Positions 47,150 through 56,988 of a DNA stretch of 64,000 nucleotides are shown here, piece after piece. This DNA is from Brevibacterium luteolum (GTDB lineage: Bacteria > Actinomycetota > Actinomycetes > Actinomycetales > Brevibacteriaceae). The stretch covers positions 310,001 to 374,000 of the forward strand of contig NZ_JABEMC010000001.1 of the NCBI RefSeq assembly GCF_013004595.1, read 5' to 3'. Each line of letters begins with the position of its first letter. Position 1 is the stretch's first letter. Made by a program: the position numbers and the translations under genes. The notes under the pieces were generated by a model that was not told the DNA's origin, ran no database searches, and saw only the letters and a list, made by a program, of their open reading frames with translations.

Positions 47150-47605
47150 ATGGCTGTCAACACCGAGCTGCAGGGTGCGAGCTACGCCCTGCCGGAGCCC
47201 TATGAGGTCTCCCGCGAGGCGATCATCGAGTTCGCCCGCGCGACCGGGGCGCAGAACCGCGCCCACCGCAGTGCTGAGGCCGCAGCCGAGTTCGGCTACG
47301 CCGACGTCGTCGCCCCGCCGACGTTCGCCGTCATCCCCTCCCAGCGCGCCGAAGCGCTCTACATCTCCAACCCGGAAGCCGGCATCGACTTCTCCCGCGT
47401 CGTCCACGGTTCCGAGCAGTTCACCTACGCCCGCCCGATCGTCGCCGGCGACAAGCTCAACGCCGTCTGCCACGTCGATGGACTGCGCGAGGCCGGCGGG
47501 CATGCGATGATCACCACCCGCACCGAACTTACCGACGCGAACAGCGACGACGCCCCCGTGGTCACCGTGACCTCGACGATCGTCGTGCGAGGAGGAGAAG
47601 CATGA
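47150..47605 (+). CDS. MaoC/HadA-type dehydratase subunit
   Basis: YEVSREAIIEFARA, VVAPPTF, VVHGSEQFTYARPIVAGD. AAGGAGG SD. Confidence 0.85.
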   Translation: MAVNTELQGASYALPEPYEVSREAIIEFARATGAQNRAHRSAEAAAEFGYADVVAPPTFAVIPSQRAEALYISNPEAGIDFSRVVHGSEQFTYARPIVAGDKLNAVCHVDGLREAGGHAMITTRTELTDANSDDAPVVTVTSTIVVRGGEA

Positions 47606-48093
47606 ACGAGCCCGTCGAACGCGAGGAATACCGTCCCTCCGGCACCGACCTGGCGCCGAAGCTGCGCGACCAGGAGGTCGGCCGCACCGTCGTCTCCGCC
47701 CGCATCCCGCTCTCCCGCGCTGATCTCGTCGCCTACGCCGGCGCCTCGGGAGACCACAACCCGATCCACTGGAACGAGCGCTTCGCCCGCGAGGTCGGCC
47801 TCGACGACGTCATCGCCCACGGCATGCTCTCGATGGGATCCGTGCTCGCCCGCATCACCGAATGGGCCGCCGACCCCGGTGCGATCGTCGACTGCCGCAC
47901 CCGCTTCACCGCCCCGGTCATCGTCGCCGATGCGGCCTCCGGCACCCCGGACACCCCGACGGCCTACCTCGACATGGCCGCCGTCGTCGGCGCAATCGAT
48001 GAAGAGGCCGGCATCGTGCGCCTCGACATCTCCGTCAGCTGCGGTGAGGACACCGTGCTCGGACGCACCCAGGCGAAGGTGCGGTTGGCGTGA
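47602..48093 (+). CDS. MaoC/HadB-type dehydratase
   Basis: Hydratase-2 motif YAGASGDHNPIHW...VIAHGM, RFTAPV. Confidence 0.88.
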   Translation: MNEPVEREEYRPSGTDLAPKLRDQEVGRTVVSARIPLSRADLVAYAGASGDHNPIHWNERFAREVGLDDVIAHGMLSMGSVLARITEWAADPGAIVDCRTRFTAPVIVADAASGTPDTPTAYLDMAAVVGAIDEEAGIVRLDISVSCGEDTVLGRTQAKVRLA

Positions 48094-49220
48094 GCCGGAC
48101 ACAGCTGGCGGACTACGCGACGATGCGCGTCGGCGGCCCGGCCGCCGACCTCACCGTCGCCGGCACCCGCGAGGAGCTGATCGACTTCCTCACCGCCCAC
48201 CCGCTGACTGCTGACCGGGCGGCTGAGTTTCCCAGCAGCGGGGGAGAGGCAGCCGGCAGCGGGCAGGGACTGAACCCCGATGTGCTCTTCATCGCCGGCG
48301 GATCCAACCTCGTCATCAGCGATGACGGCTTCGCCGGGCCCGTGTGCCTCATCCGCACCAGCGGCATGGAGTTCACCGAGCTCGGCGGCAACCGGGTGCT
48401 GCTGCGCGTGGCAGCCGGCGAGAACTGGGACGACTGCGTCGCCGAGACCGTCGCCCGCGGGCTCTCCGGGCTCGAAGCGCTCTCCGGAATCCCCGGCTCA
48501 GCCGGTGCGACCCCGGTGCAGAACGTCGGCGCCTACGGAGCCGAGGTCGCCGACACCCTCGAATCCGTCACCGTCTACGATCGGCTCTCCGGCGACGTCA
48601 TCACCCTGCCGCGCGCCGAGCTCGAATTCGGTTACCGCACCTCCCGGCTCAAGCGCACCACCGCCGAGATCGGCACCGTGCGCTTCGTCGTCCTCGACGT
48701 CAGCTTCGCGCTCACCTCCTCGGCCGAGTCCGCGCCGATCCGCTACCGGCAGCTCGCCGCTGCGCTCGGCGTCGACCTCGAAGACCGGGTGCCGCTGGCC
48801 GAAGTGCGCGAAGCCGTGCTCGCCGTCCGTGCCTCCAAGGGCATGGTCCTCGACCCTGCCGACCACGACACGTGGTCATGCGGGTCGTTCTTCACCAACC
48901 CGATCGTCCCGCTCTCCACCCCGCTGCCCGACGGGGCGCCGGAATACCCGGTCATCGACCCGCTCACCGGCATGCGCGATGAGCACCGGAAGAAGACCTC
49001 GGCCGCCTGGCTCATCGACCGAGCCGGGTTCCACAAGGGATTCGGGATCGGCGAACAGCGCGCCCGCCTGTCGACCAAGCACACGCTGGCGCTGACCAAC
49101 CGCGGGCAGGCACGCACCGCCGACATCCTCGACCTCGCCCGCCACATCCGCGACGGAGTCGAGGAATCCACCGGCATCCGGCTCGAACCCGAACCCAACC
49201 TCATCGGCTGCCGGATCTGA
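48090..49220 (+). CDS. murB: UDP-N-acetylmuramate dehydrogenase
   Basis: TMRVGG, GGSNLV, LSGIPGSAGATPVQNVGAYG, FGYRTS, GSFFTNP, KHTLALTN, LEPEP. Confidence 0.95.
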   Translation: MSRTQLADYATMRVGGPAADLTVAGTREELIDFLTAHPLTADRAAEFPSSGGEAAGSGQGLNPDVLFIAGGSNLVISDDGFAGPVCLIRTSGMEFTELGGNRVLLRVAAGENWDDCVAETVARGLSGLEALSGIPGSAGATPVQNVGAYGAEVADTLESVTVYDRLSGDVITLPRAELEFGYRTSRLKRTTAEIGTVRFVVLDVSFALTSSAESAPIRYRQLAAALGVDLEDRVPLAEVREAVLAVRASKGMVLDPADHDTWSCGSFFTNPIVPLSTPLPDGAPEYPVIDPLTGMRDEHRKKTSAAWLIDRAGFHKGFGIGEQRARLSTKHTLALTNRGQARTADILDLARHIRDGVEESTGIRLEPEPNLIGCRI

Positions 49221-49258
49221 GCTCCCGGGGCCGGCAGGCGCGGTCGGCCGCGGCAGGC

Positions 49259-50281
49259 TCAGCCTGCGGCCTCCCAGCGGTCGATGTCACTGATCGCGGC
49301 CTGCCGGATCCGCTCAGGTGCCAGTGAGATCGCAAAGGACTGCCGGGCAAGCTCGGCGATCTCCGCCCGGGTCAGCCCCGCCTCGGCGGCGGCAGCATAC
49401 TGATCGACCAGCCGCGAATCGAAGATGAGCGGGTCATCGGCCCCGAGCGCGATCTGCGCACCGGAGTCGAACAGCCGGCGCAGCGGCACCTGCTCATCGG
49501 TGGCGTACACCCCGAGCGAGACGTTCGAACCCGGGCACACCTCCAGGCCGATACCGGCGTCAACGATCTGGTCCAGCAGCTGCGGATCCTCCACCGCCCG
49601 CACCCCGTGCCCGAGGCGGTGGGGGCGCAGGTGCGCGATGACCTCGCGGATGTGCGCGGGTCCGAGCAGCTCCCCGCCGTGGGGCAGGGAGGCCAGGCCG
49701 GCTCGGCGGGCGATGCGGAAGGCGTGCCGGAACTCTGCAGTGTCGCCGCGGCGCTCATCGTTCGACAGCCCGAAGCCGACGACGGTGGCGGCCTCATCGC
49801 CGGCGTACTGGGCGGCAAGCCGGGCCAGTGTGCGGGCCTCGAACTGGCTGCGGGTGCGGGAGGCGGCGACGATGATCGCCATGCCGAAGTCCGGCCCAGA
49901 CTGGCGGGCGGCCTCATCGAGGACGATCTCCAAAGCCGGAGTGATGCCGCCGACGTAGGGGCCATAGGAGGTCGGGTCGATCTGCAGCTCCAGCCAGCGC
50001 GAGCCCTCGGCCCGTTCGGCGGCTGCGGCCTCGGCGACGACCCGGCGCATGATCGTCTCCCCGCGCACGACCGCGCGGGCGGCATCGTAGAGGCGCTGGA
50101 AGCGGAACCAGCCGCGCTGGTCAGGGGACAGGTTCGTCGGAGTCGAACCGACGATGCCGCGCGGCAGCCGGATGCCGGCCTCGGCGGCGAGCTCGGCGAG
50201 CGTCTCATCAGCCAGCGAGCCGGTGAAGTGCAGGTGCAGGTGGGCCTTGGGAAGTGCGCGCAGATCCTCCCGTGTCACCAT
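49259..50281 (-). CDS. add: Adenosine deaminase
   Basis: LPKAHLHLHFTGS, PHGGE, RLGHGVR, EVCPGSN, GADDP. TAGACT 6 nt upstream of the ATG. Confidence 0.9.
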   Translation of the reverse strand: MVTREDLRALPKAHLHLHFTGSLADETLAELAAEAGIRLPRGIVGSTPTNLSPDQRGWFRFQRLYDAARAVVRGETIMRRVVAEAAAAERAEGSRWLELQIDPTSYGPYVGGITPALEIVLDEAARQSGPDFGMAIIVAASRTRSQFEARTLARLAAQYAGDEAATVVGFGLSNDERRGDTAEFRHAFRIARRAGLASLPHGGELLGPAHIREVIAHLRPHRLGHGVRAVEDPQLLDQIVDAGIGLEVCPGSNVSLGVYATDEQVPLRRLFDSGAQIALGADDPLIFDSRLVDQYAAAAEAGLTRAEIAELARQSFAISLAPERIRQAAISDIDRWEAAG

Positions 50282-50387
50282 GACGACAGTCTAGTCGATG
50301 CCCCGCTGCGCCTGCCGCCGGCAGCCGGCATCTGCCCTGATGGGCTGGCCTGTCACCCGGCGGTGGGCCGCTCGTATAATTGCCCGC

Positions 50388-52139
50388 ATGGTCTCAGCTC
50401 AGCGCCCCGCACGCCGGGCAATCTCCCGCCTCGCAGCCGCGGCGCGATTCCTGGCCGCAGCCCTCGGACTGTTCCTCGCAGGCGCCCTGCTCGCTGCACC
50501 GTGGGCGGTGACGACCGCGCAGACCGAGGCGAACTTCGGCCCGCACGATGCAACCTATGCGGTCACGACCGACGGGGCGATCACCGTCGACCTCGGGCCG
50601 ATCGGCGAGCTCGTGATACCGGCAGGCGACAGACTCCCGCTGGGCCTCGGCGTTGACGTCACCGTCGAGGAGATCCCGAACCATGCCGGCGTGCCGGTCT
50701 CGACGATCGACGAACTCGCCCAGGACGCCACCGCCTATGCCAGCCTGTTCGGCGATATCGACGCACTCGTCACCGTCGTGCGCAACGGCATCATCGCCGA
50801 TGCGCTCACCCGCGACCTCATCGCCGCCGGAGTGATCACCGTGGTGGCCGGGGCCTACCTGCTGCACAGGCGCACCCGCCCGCAGCTCGCGACCTCCAGC
50901 GAGCGGGACCCGGCCGACGGGCCGATGACCGCGCTCGTGCTCAGCCTCGCCGCGGTGCTCATCGCCATCATCGCCGTGCCGGTGAGCGCGCCCAAGCAGA
51001 TCACCCCGAACCCGGTGTTCGACCGCACACCGCTGGCCGGGTCCGAGGTGACCGGCAGGTTCTCCGGCATCATCGACGAAGTCGCCCGCGTCGTCACCGA
51101 CTACTACGACGACAACGAGACCTTCTACGACACCGCCCGCACGAGCCTGGACGCCGCCTGGCTCAGGCGCCCGACCAGCCCGCGCACGACCTCGGGCGCG
51201 GACCTGGTGCCCCGGCCCAACTGGGACCAGCCGCTGGCCGGCGACCCGCCAGCCGGTGGCGACGGAGCCCAGGCCGCGACCGGGGAGGCGGCCACCGGCG
51301 GGGCTGTCGGCGAGGCGGCCGATAACGGGGAGGCCCAGGCGGGCGGGCAGGCCGGTGCACAAGAGAATGAGCCGGCCGGCGTCATCACCGTGCTCATGGC
51401 CTCCGACATCCACTGCAACACCGGCATGTCGCGGGTGCTCGCCCGCGCCGCCCAGCTGTCGGGGGCCGACCTCTACCTCGACGGCGGGGACATCACGATG
51501 ACCGGCACCACCGCCGAGAACATCTGTGTCGACTCCGTGCACCAGGCGCTGCCGGACGACCTGCCCCGCGTCTACGTCAAAGGCAACCACGACTCGGCCG
51601 ACACCGCCGCCCACGCCCGCTCACTCGGCTGGAAGGTCCTCGACGGACAGCCGGTGACCGCCGCCGGACTGACGTTCTTCGGGCTGCCGGATCCGCGGCG
51701 CACCGTTTTCCCCACCGGCGACGTGCTCGAACGCGGAGAGACCGGCGCCGAGTTCACCGACCGGGTCGCCGCCGAGGCGTGTGCGACCGAGGACATCGAC
51801 ACTCTCGTCATCCACGACCCCAGGCAGGCAGCGGCGGCCCTCGGCGAGGGCTGCGCAGGCTTCGCCATCTCCGGCCACTGGCACCGGCGGGTCGGGCCAG
51901 AAGCGTTCGGCCCGGCCACCCGGTTCGTCAACTCGACGACCGGCGGGGCACTGGCCAATGCGCTGACACCGGGCCCGCTCAAGATGCCCGCCGAGTTCTC
52001 CTTCATCCGCTACGACGCACAGACCCGCCAGCCCATCGACGTGCAGGTCGTCACCGTCGACATGGACGCACAGGTCAGCTTCAGCCCGTGGATGCCCATC
52101 CCGCAGCCGGGCCCCTGGGCGCCGGCCGAAGCGGAGTGA
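50388..52139 (+). CDS. Membrane-anchored calcineurin-like metallophosphoesterase
   Basis: SDIH, DGGD, KGNHD, IHDP, SGHWH; three hydrophobic segments in the N-half. TATAAT 7 nt upstream of ATG 50388. Confidence 0.85.
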   Translation: MVSAQRPARRAISRLAAAARFLAAALGLFLAGALLAAPWAVTTAQTEANFGPHDATYAVTTDGAITVDLGPIGELVIPAGDRLPLGLGVDVTVEEIPNHAGVPVSTIDELAQDATAYASLFGDIDALVTVVRNGIIADALTRDLIAAGVITVVAGAYLLHRRTRPQLATSSERDPADGPMTALVLSLAAVLIAIIAVPVSAPKQITPNPVFDRTPLAGSEVTGRFSGIIDEVARVVTDYYDDNETFYDTARTSLDAAWLRRPTSPRTTSGADLVPRPNWDQPLAGDPPAGGDGAQAATGEAATGGAVGEAADNGEAQAGGQAGAQENEPAGVITVLMASDIHCNTGMSRVLARAAQLSGADLYLDGGDITMTGTTAENICVDSVHQALPDDLPRVYVKGNHDSADTAAHARSLGWKVLDGQPVTAAGLTFFGLPDPRRTVFPTGDVLERGETGAEFTDRVAAEACATEDIDTLVIHDPRQAAAALGEGCAGFAISGHWHRRVGPEAFGPATRFVNSTTGGALANALTPGPLKMPAEFSFIRYDAQTRQPIDVQVVTVDMDAQVSFSPWMPIPQPGPWAPAEAE

Positions 52140-52246
52140 ACCGTCGTTAGACGGATGAGACATCGAACGTGTATGCTCGTACCTTGGCGGAAGCCGACCC
52201 GGGTCCCCGGGTCTGTTTCATGTCCCGGCCGTGCCCGCACGGCCGA

Positions 52247-52319
52247 AGGGGTGTGGCGCAATTGGTAGCGCAACGGTCTCCAAAACCGTAGGTTGCAGGT
52301 TCGAGTCCTGTCACCCCTG
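52247..52319 (+). tRNA. tRNA-Trp(CCA)
   Basis: AGGGGTG/CACCCCT acceptor, ACGGT-CT-CCA-AA-ACCGT anticodon arm; usual position before secE. Confidence 0.97.
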
Positions 52320-52359
52320 CTGAGAACGGCGAAGCACAACGACCCCCGAGTGAGGAAGC

Positions 52360-52611
52360 GTGACCGAGACACCCGCAGGAACCTCTGAGAAGCGCGGCTT
52401 CTTCGGTACGATCATGCAGTTCTTCCGCGAGGTGATCAGCGAGCTCAAGAAGGTGGTCACGCCCACCCGCAAGGAGCTCATCAACTACACGCTCGTCGTG
52501 CTCGGGTTCGTCATCTTCATGATGCTGCTCGTCACCGTCTTGGATCTGCTGTTCGGAAAGCTCTCCGGCTTCGTCTTCGGCGGCTCGCCGATCTGGCCTC
52601 TGTGGGGTTAG
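52360..52611 (+). CDS. secE: Preprotein translocase subunit SecE
   Basis: FFREVISELKKVVTPTRKEL plus one TM helix. Confidence 0.95.
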   Translation: MTETPAGTSEKRGFFGTIMQFFREVISELKKVVTPTRKELINYTLVVLGFVIFMMLLVTVLDLLFGKLSGFVFGGSPIWPLWG

Positions 52612-52702
52612 TCGGCTGATCCAGCCGCTGATCGGCGACACAGCCGCAGACGCGCCCGCACACGCCAGGCCACGCCCCACGACCTAAGCACAAGGAGAAC
52701 AG

Positions 52703-53470
52703 GTGTCGGACAACACCCCGGAAACCGAGAACCTCGACGCAGCCGCAGAGCCGACTGCCGATGAGGCTGTCACTGAGGAGACTGCCAGCCAGCCGGCCGC
52801 CGACGAGGCGACCGAGCAGGCGCCGGCCGCCGAGGACACCGGCGACGAGCACGATCCGGCCGAGGAATTCAAGTCCGAGCTGCGCATGAAGGACGGCGAC
52901 TGGTACGTCATCCACTCCTACGCCGGCTACGAGAACCGCGTGAAGGCCAACCTCGAGAACCGCATCATCTCGCTGGACATGGAAGACTACATCTTCGAGA
53001 TCCAGGTGCCGATGGAAGACGTCATCGAGGTCAAGAACGCCCAGCGCAAGCAGGTCCGCCGGGTGCGCATCCCCGGCTACGTGCTCGTGCGCATGGAGCT
53101 GACCGACGAATCATGGGGCGTTGTGCGCCACACCCCGGGTGTCACCGGCTTCGTCGGCAACGCCTACGACCCCGTCCCGCTCACCATCGACGAGGTCTTC
53201 TCGATGCTCGCTCCGGTCTTCGAAGAGGAGCAGGCCAAGGCCGCTGCCGAAGCCGGCGAGCAGGCGAAGGCCGCCGCTGAGGGCGGAGCCGCCTACGAGG
53301 TCGAATTCGAAGTCGGCGAATCCGTCATGGTCAAGGAGGGCTCCTTCGAAGGACACCCGGCCACGATCCAGGAGATCCGCCCCGAATCGCAGAAGCTCAC
53401 CGTCCTGCTGTCGATCTTCGAGCGCGATGTTCCCGTCGAACTCGGCTTCGACCAGGTCGCCAAGATCTGA
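52703..53470 (+). CDS. nusG: Transcription termination/antitermination factor NusG
   Basis: [46 protein letters not shown]; acidic N-terminal extension. Confidence 0.97.
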   Translation: MSDNTPETENLDAAAEPTADEAVTEETASQPAADEATEQAPAAEDTGDEHDPAEEFKSELRMKDGDWYVIHSYAGYENRVKANLENRIISLDMEDYIFEIQVPMEDVIEVKNAQRKQVRRVRIPGYVLVRMELTDESWGVVRHTPGVTGFVGNAYDPVPLTIDEVFSMLAPVFEEEQAKAAAEAGEQAKAAAEGGAAYEVEFEVGESVMVKEGSFEGHPATIQEIRPESQKLTVLLSIFERDVPVELGFDQVAKI

Positions 53471-53718
53471 GCCGCACCACAGCGTTCGCCGGCACATCCC
53501 GGCACACAGCCGCGCCCGAGGTGAGAACCGCCTCGGGCGCGGCGGCGTCTGGAGGGCCTAGGGCTGGATTTAACAACCACGGGCTGTTCATGGAATAATG
53601 GTGTGGTTTGCGCCTGCGACATTCATCGGAGCGCGGCGCAGCACCCCTGACGCATCCCGCGCAGGGAACGACCCTCGGCAGCCGCCGAGGGCTTCATCGA
53701 AGTATTAAGGACCGAAGA

Positions 53719-54156
53719 ATGCCTCCCAAGAAAAAGGTAGCCGGCCTGATCAAGCTTCAGATCCAGGCTGGTGCGGCCAACCCCGCACCGCCGATCGGCC
53801 CCGCGCTTGGTCAGCACGGCGTCAACATCATGGAGTTCTGCAAGGCGTACAACGCCGCAACGGAATCCATGCGTGGCAACGTCGTCCCGGTTGAAATCAC
53901 CGTCTACGAAGACCGCTCGTTCACCTTCATCACGAAGACTCCGCCGGCTGCGGAGCTCATCAAGAAGGCCGCCGGTCTGAAGTCGGGCTCGGCCACCCCG
54001 CACACCGACAAGGTCGGACATCTGACCAAGGACCAGGTGCGCGAGATCGCCGAAACCAAGATGCCGGACCTCAACGCCAACGACATCGACGCAGCGTCGA
54101 AGATCGTCGCCGGCACCGCCCGCTCGATGGGAATCACCACCGACGTCGAAATGTGA
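53719..54156 (+). CDS. rplK: 50S ribosomal protein L11
   Basis: [42 protein letters not shown]. Confidence 0.98.
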   Translation: MPPKKKVAGLIKLQIQAGAANPAPPIGPALGQHGVNIMEFCKAYNAATESMRGNVVPVEITVYEDRSFTFITKTPPAAELIKKAAGLKSGSATPHTDKVGHLTKDQVREIAETKMPDLNANDIDAASKIVAGTARSMGITTDVEM

Positions 54157-54207
54157 TGAACGGTGCCCCGGCTCGGTGGAACCGGCCGGCAACGGCACCG
54201 ACATCAC

Positions 54208-54238
54208 GTGGTAGGAGCAGCGCGCTCCCCGACACCAC
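54208..54238 (+). promoter_or_regulatory. Probable L1-binding autoregulatory hairpin upstream of rplA
   Basis: GTGGT-AGGAGC-agcgc-GCTCC-ccgac-ACCAC hairpin with an internal loop just 5' of the rplA SD. Confidence 0.55.
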
Positions 54239-54258
54239 AACTGCAAGGAGAGAAGCAG

Positions 54259-54954
54259 ATGGCAAAGCGCTCAAAGGCCTATCAGGCCGCCGCGGAGAAG
54301 ATCGCGGCTGACACATACTACGAACCGGCTCAGGCAGTCTCCCTGGCCAAGGACACCTCTGTCGCGAAGTTCGACGCCACCGTGGAGGTCGCTCTGCGCC
54401 TCGGCGTAGACCCGCGCAAGGCTGACCAGATGGTGCGCGGCACCGTCAACCTCCCGCACGGTACCGGCAAGACCGCTAAGGTCCTGGTGTTCGCAGCCGG
54501 CGACCGTGCCGAAGCAGCCCGCGAAGCAGGTGCCGACTACGTCGGCTCCGATGACCTGCTCGAGAAGGTCGCTGGCGGCTTCACCGACTTCGACGCAGCC
54601 GTCGCCACCCCGGACATGATGGGCAAGGTCGGACGACTCGGCAAGGTGCTCGGCCCCCGCGGCCTCATGCCGAACCCGAAGACCGGCACCGTCACCATGG
54701 ACGTGGCGAAGGCCGTCTCGGACATCAAGGGCGGAAAGATCGAGTTCCGCATCGACAAGCACTCGAACCTGCACTTCATCATCGGCAAGGTGTCCTTTGA
54801 CCAGAGTGCACTCGAGGACAACTTCAACGCTGCGATGGACGAGGTCATGCGCCTCAAGCCGTCCTCGTCGAAGGGTCGCTACATCTCGAAGGCGACCATG
54901 ACGACGACGAACGGCCCGGCCATCCCGATGGACGTATCCGCCCTGCGCAAGTGA
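54259..54954 (+). CDS. rplA: 50S ribosomal protein L1
   Basis: [40 protein letters not shown]. Confidence 0.98.
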   Translation: MAKRSKAYQAAAEKIAADTYYEPAQAVSLAKDTSVAKFDATVEVALRLGVDPRKADQMVRGTVNLPHGTGKTAKVLVFAAGDRAEAAREAGADYVGSDDLLEKVAGGFTDFDAAVATPDMMGKVGRLGKVLGPRGLMPNPKTGTVTMDVAKAVSDIKGGKIEFRIDKHSNLHFIIGKVSFDQSALEDNFNAAMDEVMRLKPSSSKGRYISKATMTTTNGPAIPMDVSALRK

Positions 54955-55005
54955 CACCGGAGGCACGACCCAGCCGCCAGTCGGTCTGAGGTCTGCAGCC
55001 GCACC

Positions 55006-55054
55006 CCACAGGCCCCGCCTGCCCCCACACCGTTGGGGACAGGCGGGCCTGTGG
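55006..55054 (+). terminator. Long hairpin after rplA, probable terminator
   Basis: CCACAGGCCCCGCCTGCCCCCA...TGGGGACAGGCGGGCCTGTGG imperfect stem. Confidence 0.55.
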
Positions 55055-55314
55055 CGTTGAGCGGAGTCTGTCCTGCGTCCGGGATATGCGCTCGCGCCCG
55101 CATGTGAAGCTGCAGCTGGCGCAGATTCCCCGTATCACCGCCGTGCACGCACCACCGGCTGACGATCTGCAGCGCGCCAACGATGGATGGGCGCTCATCG
55201 CCGTTCCGGACCCAATGCAGGGGCGAACGTCTCCAGCGCAGTGCCGGAGCGCCCGCGAACGCGGCGCCAACCCTGATTTGGATTCTCGGCGCGCTGTGCT
55301 CTATGCTGATACTT

Positions 55315-55415
55315 GCCCAAGACCGTCGGTCTTCACAGGGACTCACATCTCTCCTCCGCGTGCAGCTGTGAGCCGCTGTGAACGAAGACTCGCAAGAGTG
55401 GCCAGCGCAGGTGTG
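55315..55415 (+). promoter_or_regulatory. L10 leader (rplJ autoregulatory RNA)
   Basis: CCAAGACCGTCGGTC...GAAGAC...GCGCAGG pattern downstream of a TATGCT -10 and upstream of rplJ. Confidence 0.65.
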
Positions 55416-55543
55416 TAGTGGATGACTGTCCCGGTGATCCGGCTGCTGAGCAGCCATGAGAATCCGGATGTGCAAGCGTTCCGTGCAACCTGCGCGGAAC
55501 GCTTTTTCGCGTCTGACGCACCGACATATACGAAAGGAATACC

Positions 55544-56080
55544 ATGGCGAGGCCTGACAAGGCAGCCGCAGTAGCCGAACTCAAGGAACTCTTTGAGAAC
55601 GCTCCTGCTGCAGTGCTGACCGAGTACCGCGGTCTCACCGTGGCGCAGCTCAAGGAGCTGCGCCGTGGTCTCGGTGAGAACGCCTCCTACGCCGTGGTAA
55701 AGAATACGCTGACCGCTATCGCGGCTAAGGAAGCCGGCATCGAAGCGCTCGAGGGACAGCTCACTGGCCCCTCGGCCATCGCCTTCGTCACCGGTGAACC
55801 CTCCGAAGCCGCCAAGGTCCTGCGTGACTTTGCCAAGGCGAATCCGCAGCTGGTCATCAAGGGTGGTTACTTCGAAGGTAACGCCATGACCGCTGAGGAC
55901 ATCACGAAACTCGCCGACCTCGAATCCCGTGAGGTGCTGCTGGCCAAGGCGGCCGGTGCCATGAAGGCAAGCATGTACAACGCTGCCTACATGTTCACCG
56001 CTCCGCTGGTCAAGGCCGCGCGCACCGTCGACGCTCTGCGCGAAAAGCAGGGCGGCGAAGCGGCTGCCGAGGACGCCTGA
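55544..56080 (+). CDS. rplJ: 50S ribosomal protein L10
   Basis: [40 protein letters not shown]. Confidence 0.98.
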   Translation: MARPDKAAAVAELKELFENAPAAVLTEYRGLTVAQLKELRRGLGENASYAVVKNTLTAIAAKEAGIEALEGQLTGPSAIAFVTGEPSEAAKVLRDFAKANPQLVIKGGYFEGNAMTAEDITKLADLESREVLLAKAAGAMKASMYNAAYMFTAPLVKAARTVDALREKQGGEAAAEDA

Positions 56081-56151
56081 GTTTCACTCAGACCCACAGA
56101 CAATCCATTCACGGCTGAAGAACCAGCCACGTACGGAAGGACATAGCCACC

Positions 56152-56544
56152 ATGGCTAAGCTCACCCCCGAAGAGCTCATCGAAGCATTCAAGGAGCTCT
56201 CCCTCATCGAACTGTCGGACTTCGTCAAGAAGTTCGAGGAGACCTTCGAGGTCGAGGCAGCCGCTCCGGTTGCCGCCGTTGCCGCTCCTGCTGCCGGCGG
56301 TGCCGGCGGTGGCGATGCCGCTGCTGAAGAGAAGACCGAGTTCGACGTCATCCTCGAGTCGGCCGGCGACAAGAAGGTTCCGGTCATCAAGGAGGTCCGC
56401 GGCATCACCTCGCTCGGACTGAAGGAAGCCAAGGACCTCGTCGACAACGCTCCGAAGGCCGTCCTCGAAGGCGCCGACAAGGAGACCGCCGAGAAGGCCA
56501 AGGAAGCCCTCGAGGGCGCAGGCGCCACCGTCTCGCTCAAGTGA
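56152..56544 (+). CDS. rplL: 50S ribosomal protein L7/L12
   Basis: [36 protein letters not shown]. Confidence 0.98.
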   Translation: MAKLTPEELIEAFKELSLIELSDFVKKFEETFEVEAAAPVAAVAAPAAGGAGGGDAAAEEKTEFDVILESAGDKKVPVIKEVRGITSLGLKEAKDLVDNAPKAVLEGADKETAEKAKEALEGAGATVSLK

Positions 56545-56597
56545 TCTTCCACCCGGCCAGGCAGCGCACACGCGAAGCCGAGCCGGGATCACGTCAA

Positions 56598-56627
56598 CAG
56601 CCCCGCTGTCAGCTGGCAGCGGGGCTG
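56598..56627. terminator. Terminator after rplL
   Basis: CAGCCCCGCTGTCA-gc-TGGCAGCGGGGCTG hairpin between convergent genes. Confidence 0.75.
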
Positions 56628-56646
56628 CTGCTATTCACAACACCGA

Positions 56647-56988
56647 TCACAGCGCAGGCAGATCAGCGCATGCGGTCTGCCACGCGCTCGCAAGTGCGGC
56701 CGCATCCGCCTGAGCGCGCGCCATCGCCACCGCGTGCCGGTCAGCAGTCAGGGGAGTTCCCTCGGCCGTCCACTGCTCCAGCGCGCGGATCGTGATCGCC
56801 TCCGGCAGCCGGCCGCTGGCGTTCGTCACCCGCCACCAGGCGACATTCGATCCCCACGTGGCCATGATCCTGCCGACCAGCCGCGGGGAGGTGCCGACGA
56901 GCTCGGCGATCATGCCGTAGCTGACCACCTGACCCGCGGGCACGCATTCAGCCGCCCGCAGCACCCGTTCGATCAGCAGGTCATCCAT
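56647..56988 (-). CDS. MGMT-family alkyltransferase-like (ATL) protein
   Basis: VPAGQVVSYGMIA, PRLVGRIM, VAWWRVTNASG with Trp where the catalytic Cys normally is. Confidence 0.85.
   Translation of the reverse strand: MDDLLIERVLRAAECVPAGQVVSYGMIAELVGTSPRLVGRIMATWGSNVAWWRVTNASGRLPEAITIRALEQWTAEGTPLTADRHAVAMARAQADAAALASAWQTACADLPAL

Noticed and set aside
34594..47150. Prophage or integrative element at tRNA-Tyr or tRNA-Met
   Set aside because: No integrase, transposase or phage gene, and I found no duplicated tRNA 3' end. The islets look accessory but not self-mobile.
42980..47150. rpmG (L33) absent between tRNA-Met and the MaoC genes
   Set aside because: That arrangement is typical of mycobacteria and streptomycetes but not universal; the gene is probably elsewhere and this cannot be judged from the window.
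55060..55310. Short ORFs between rplA and rplJ (55086-55418, 55183-55371)
   Set aside because: No SD, no motifs, and they overlap the rplJ promoter and L10 leader.
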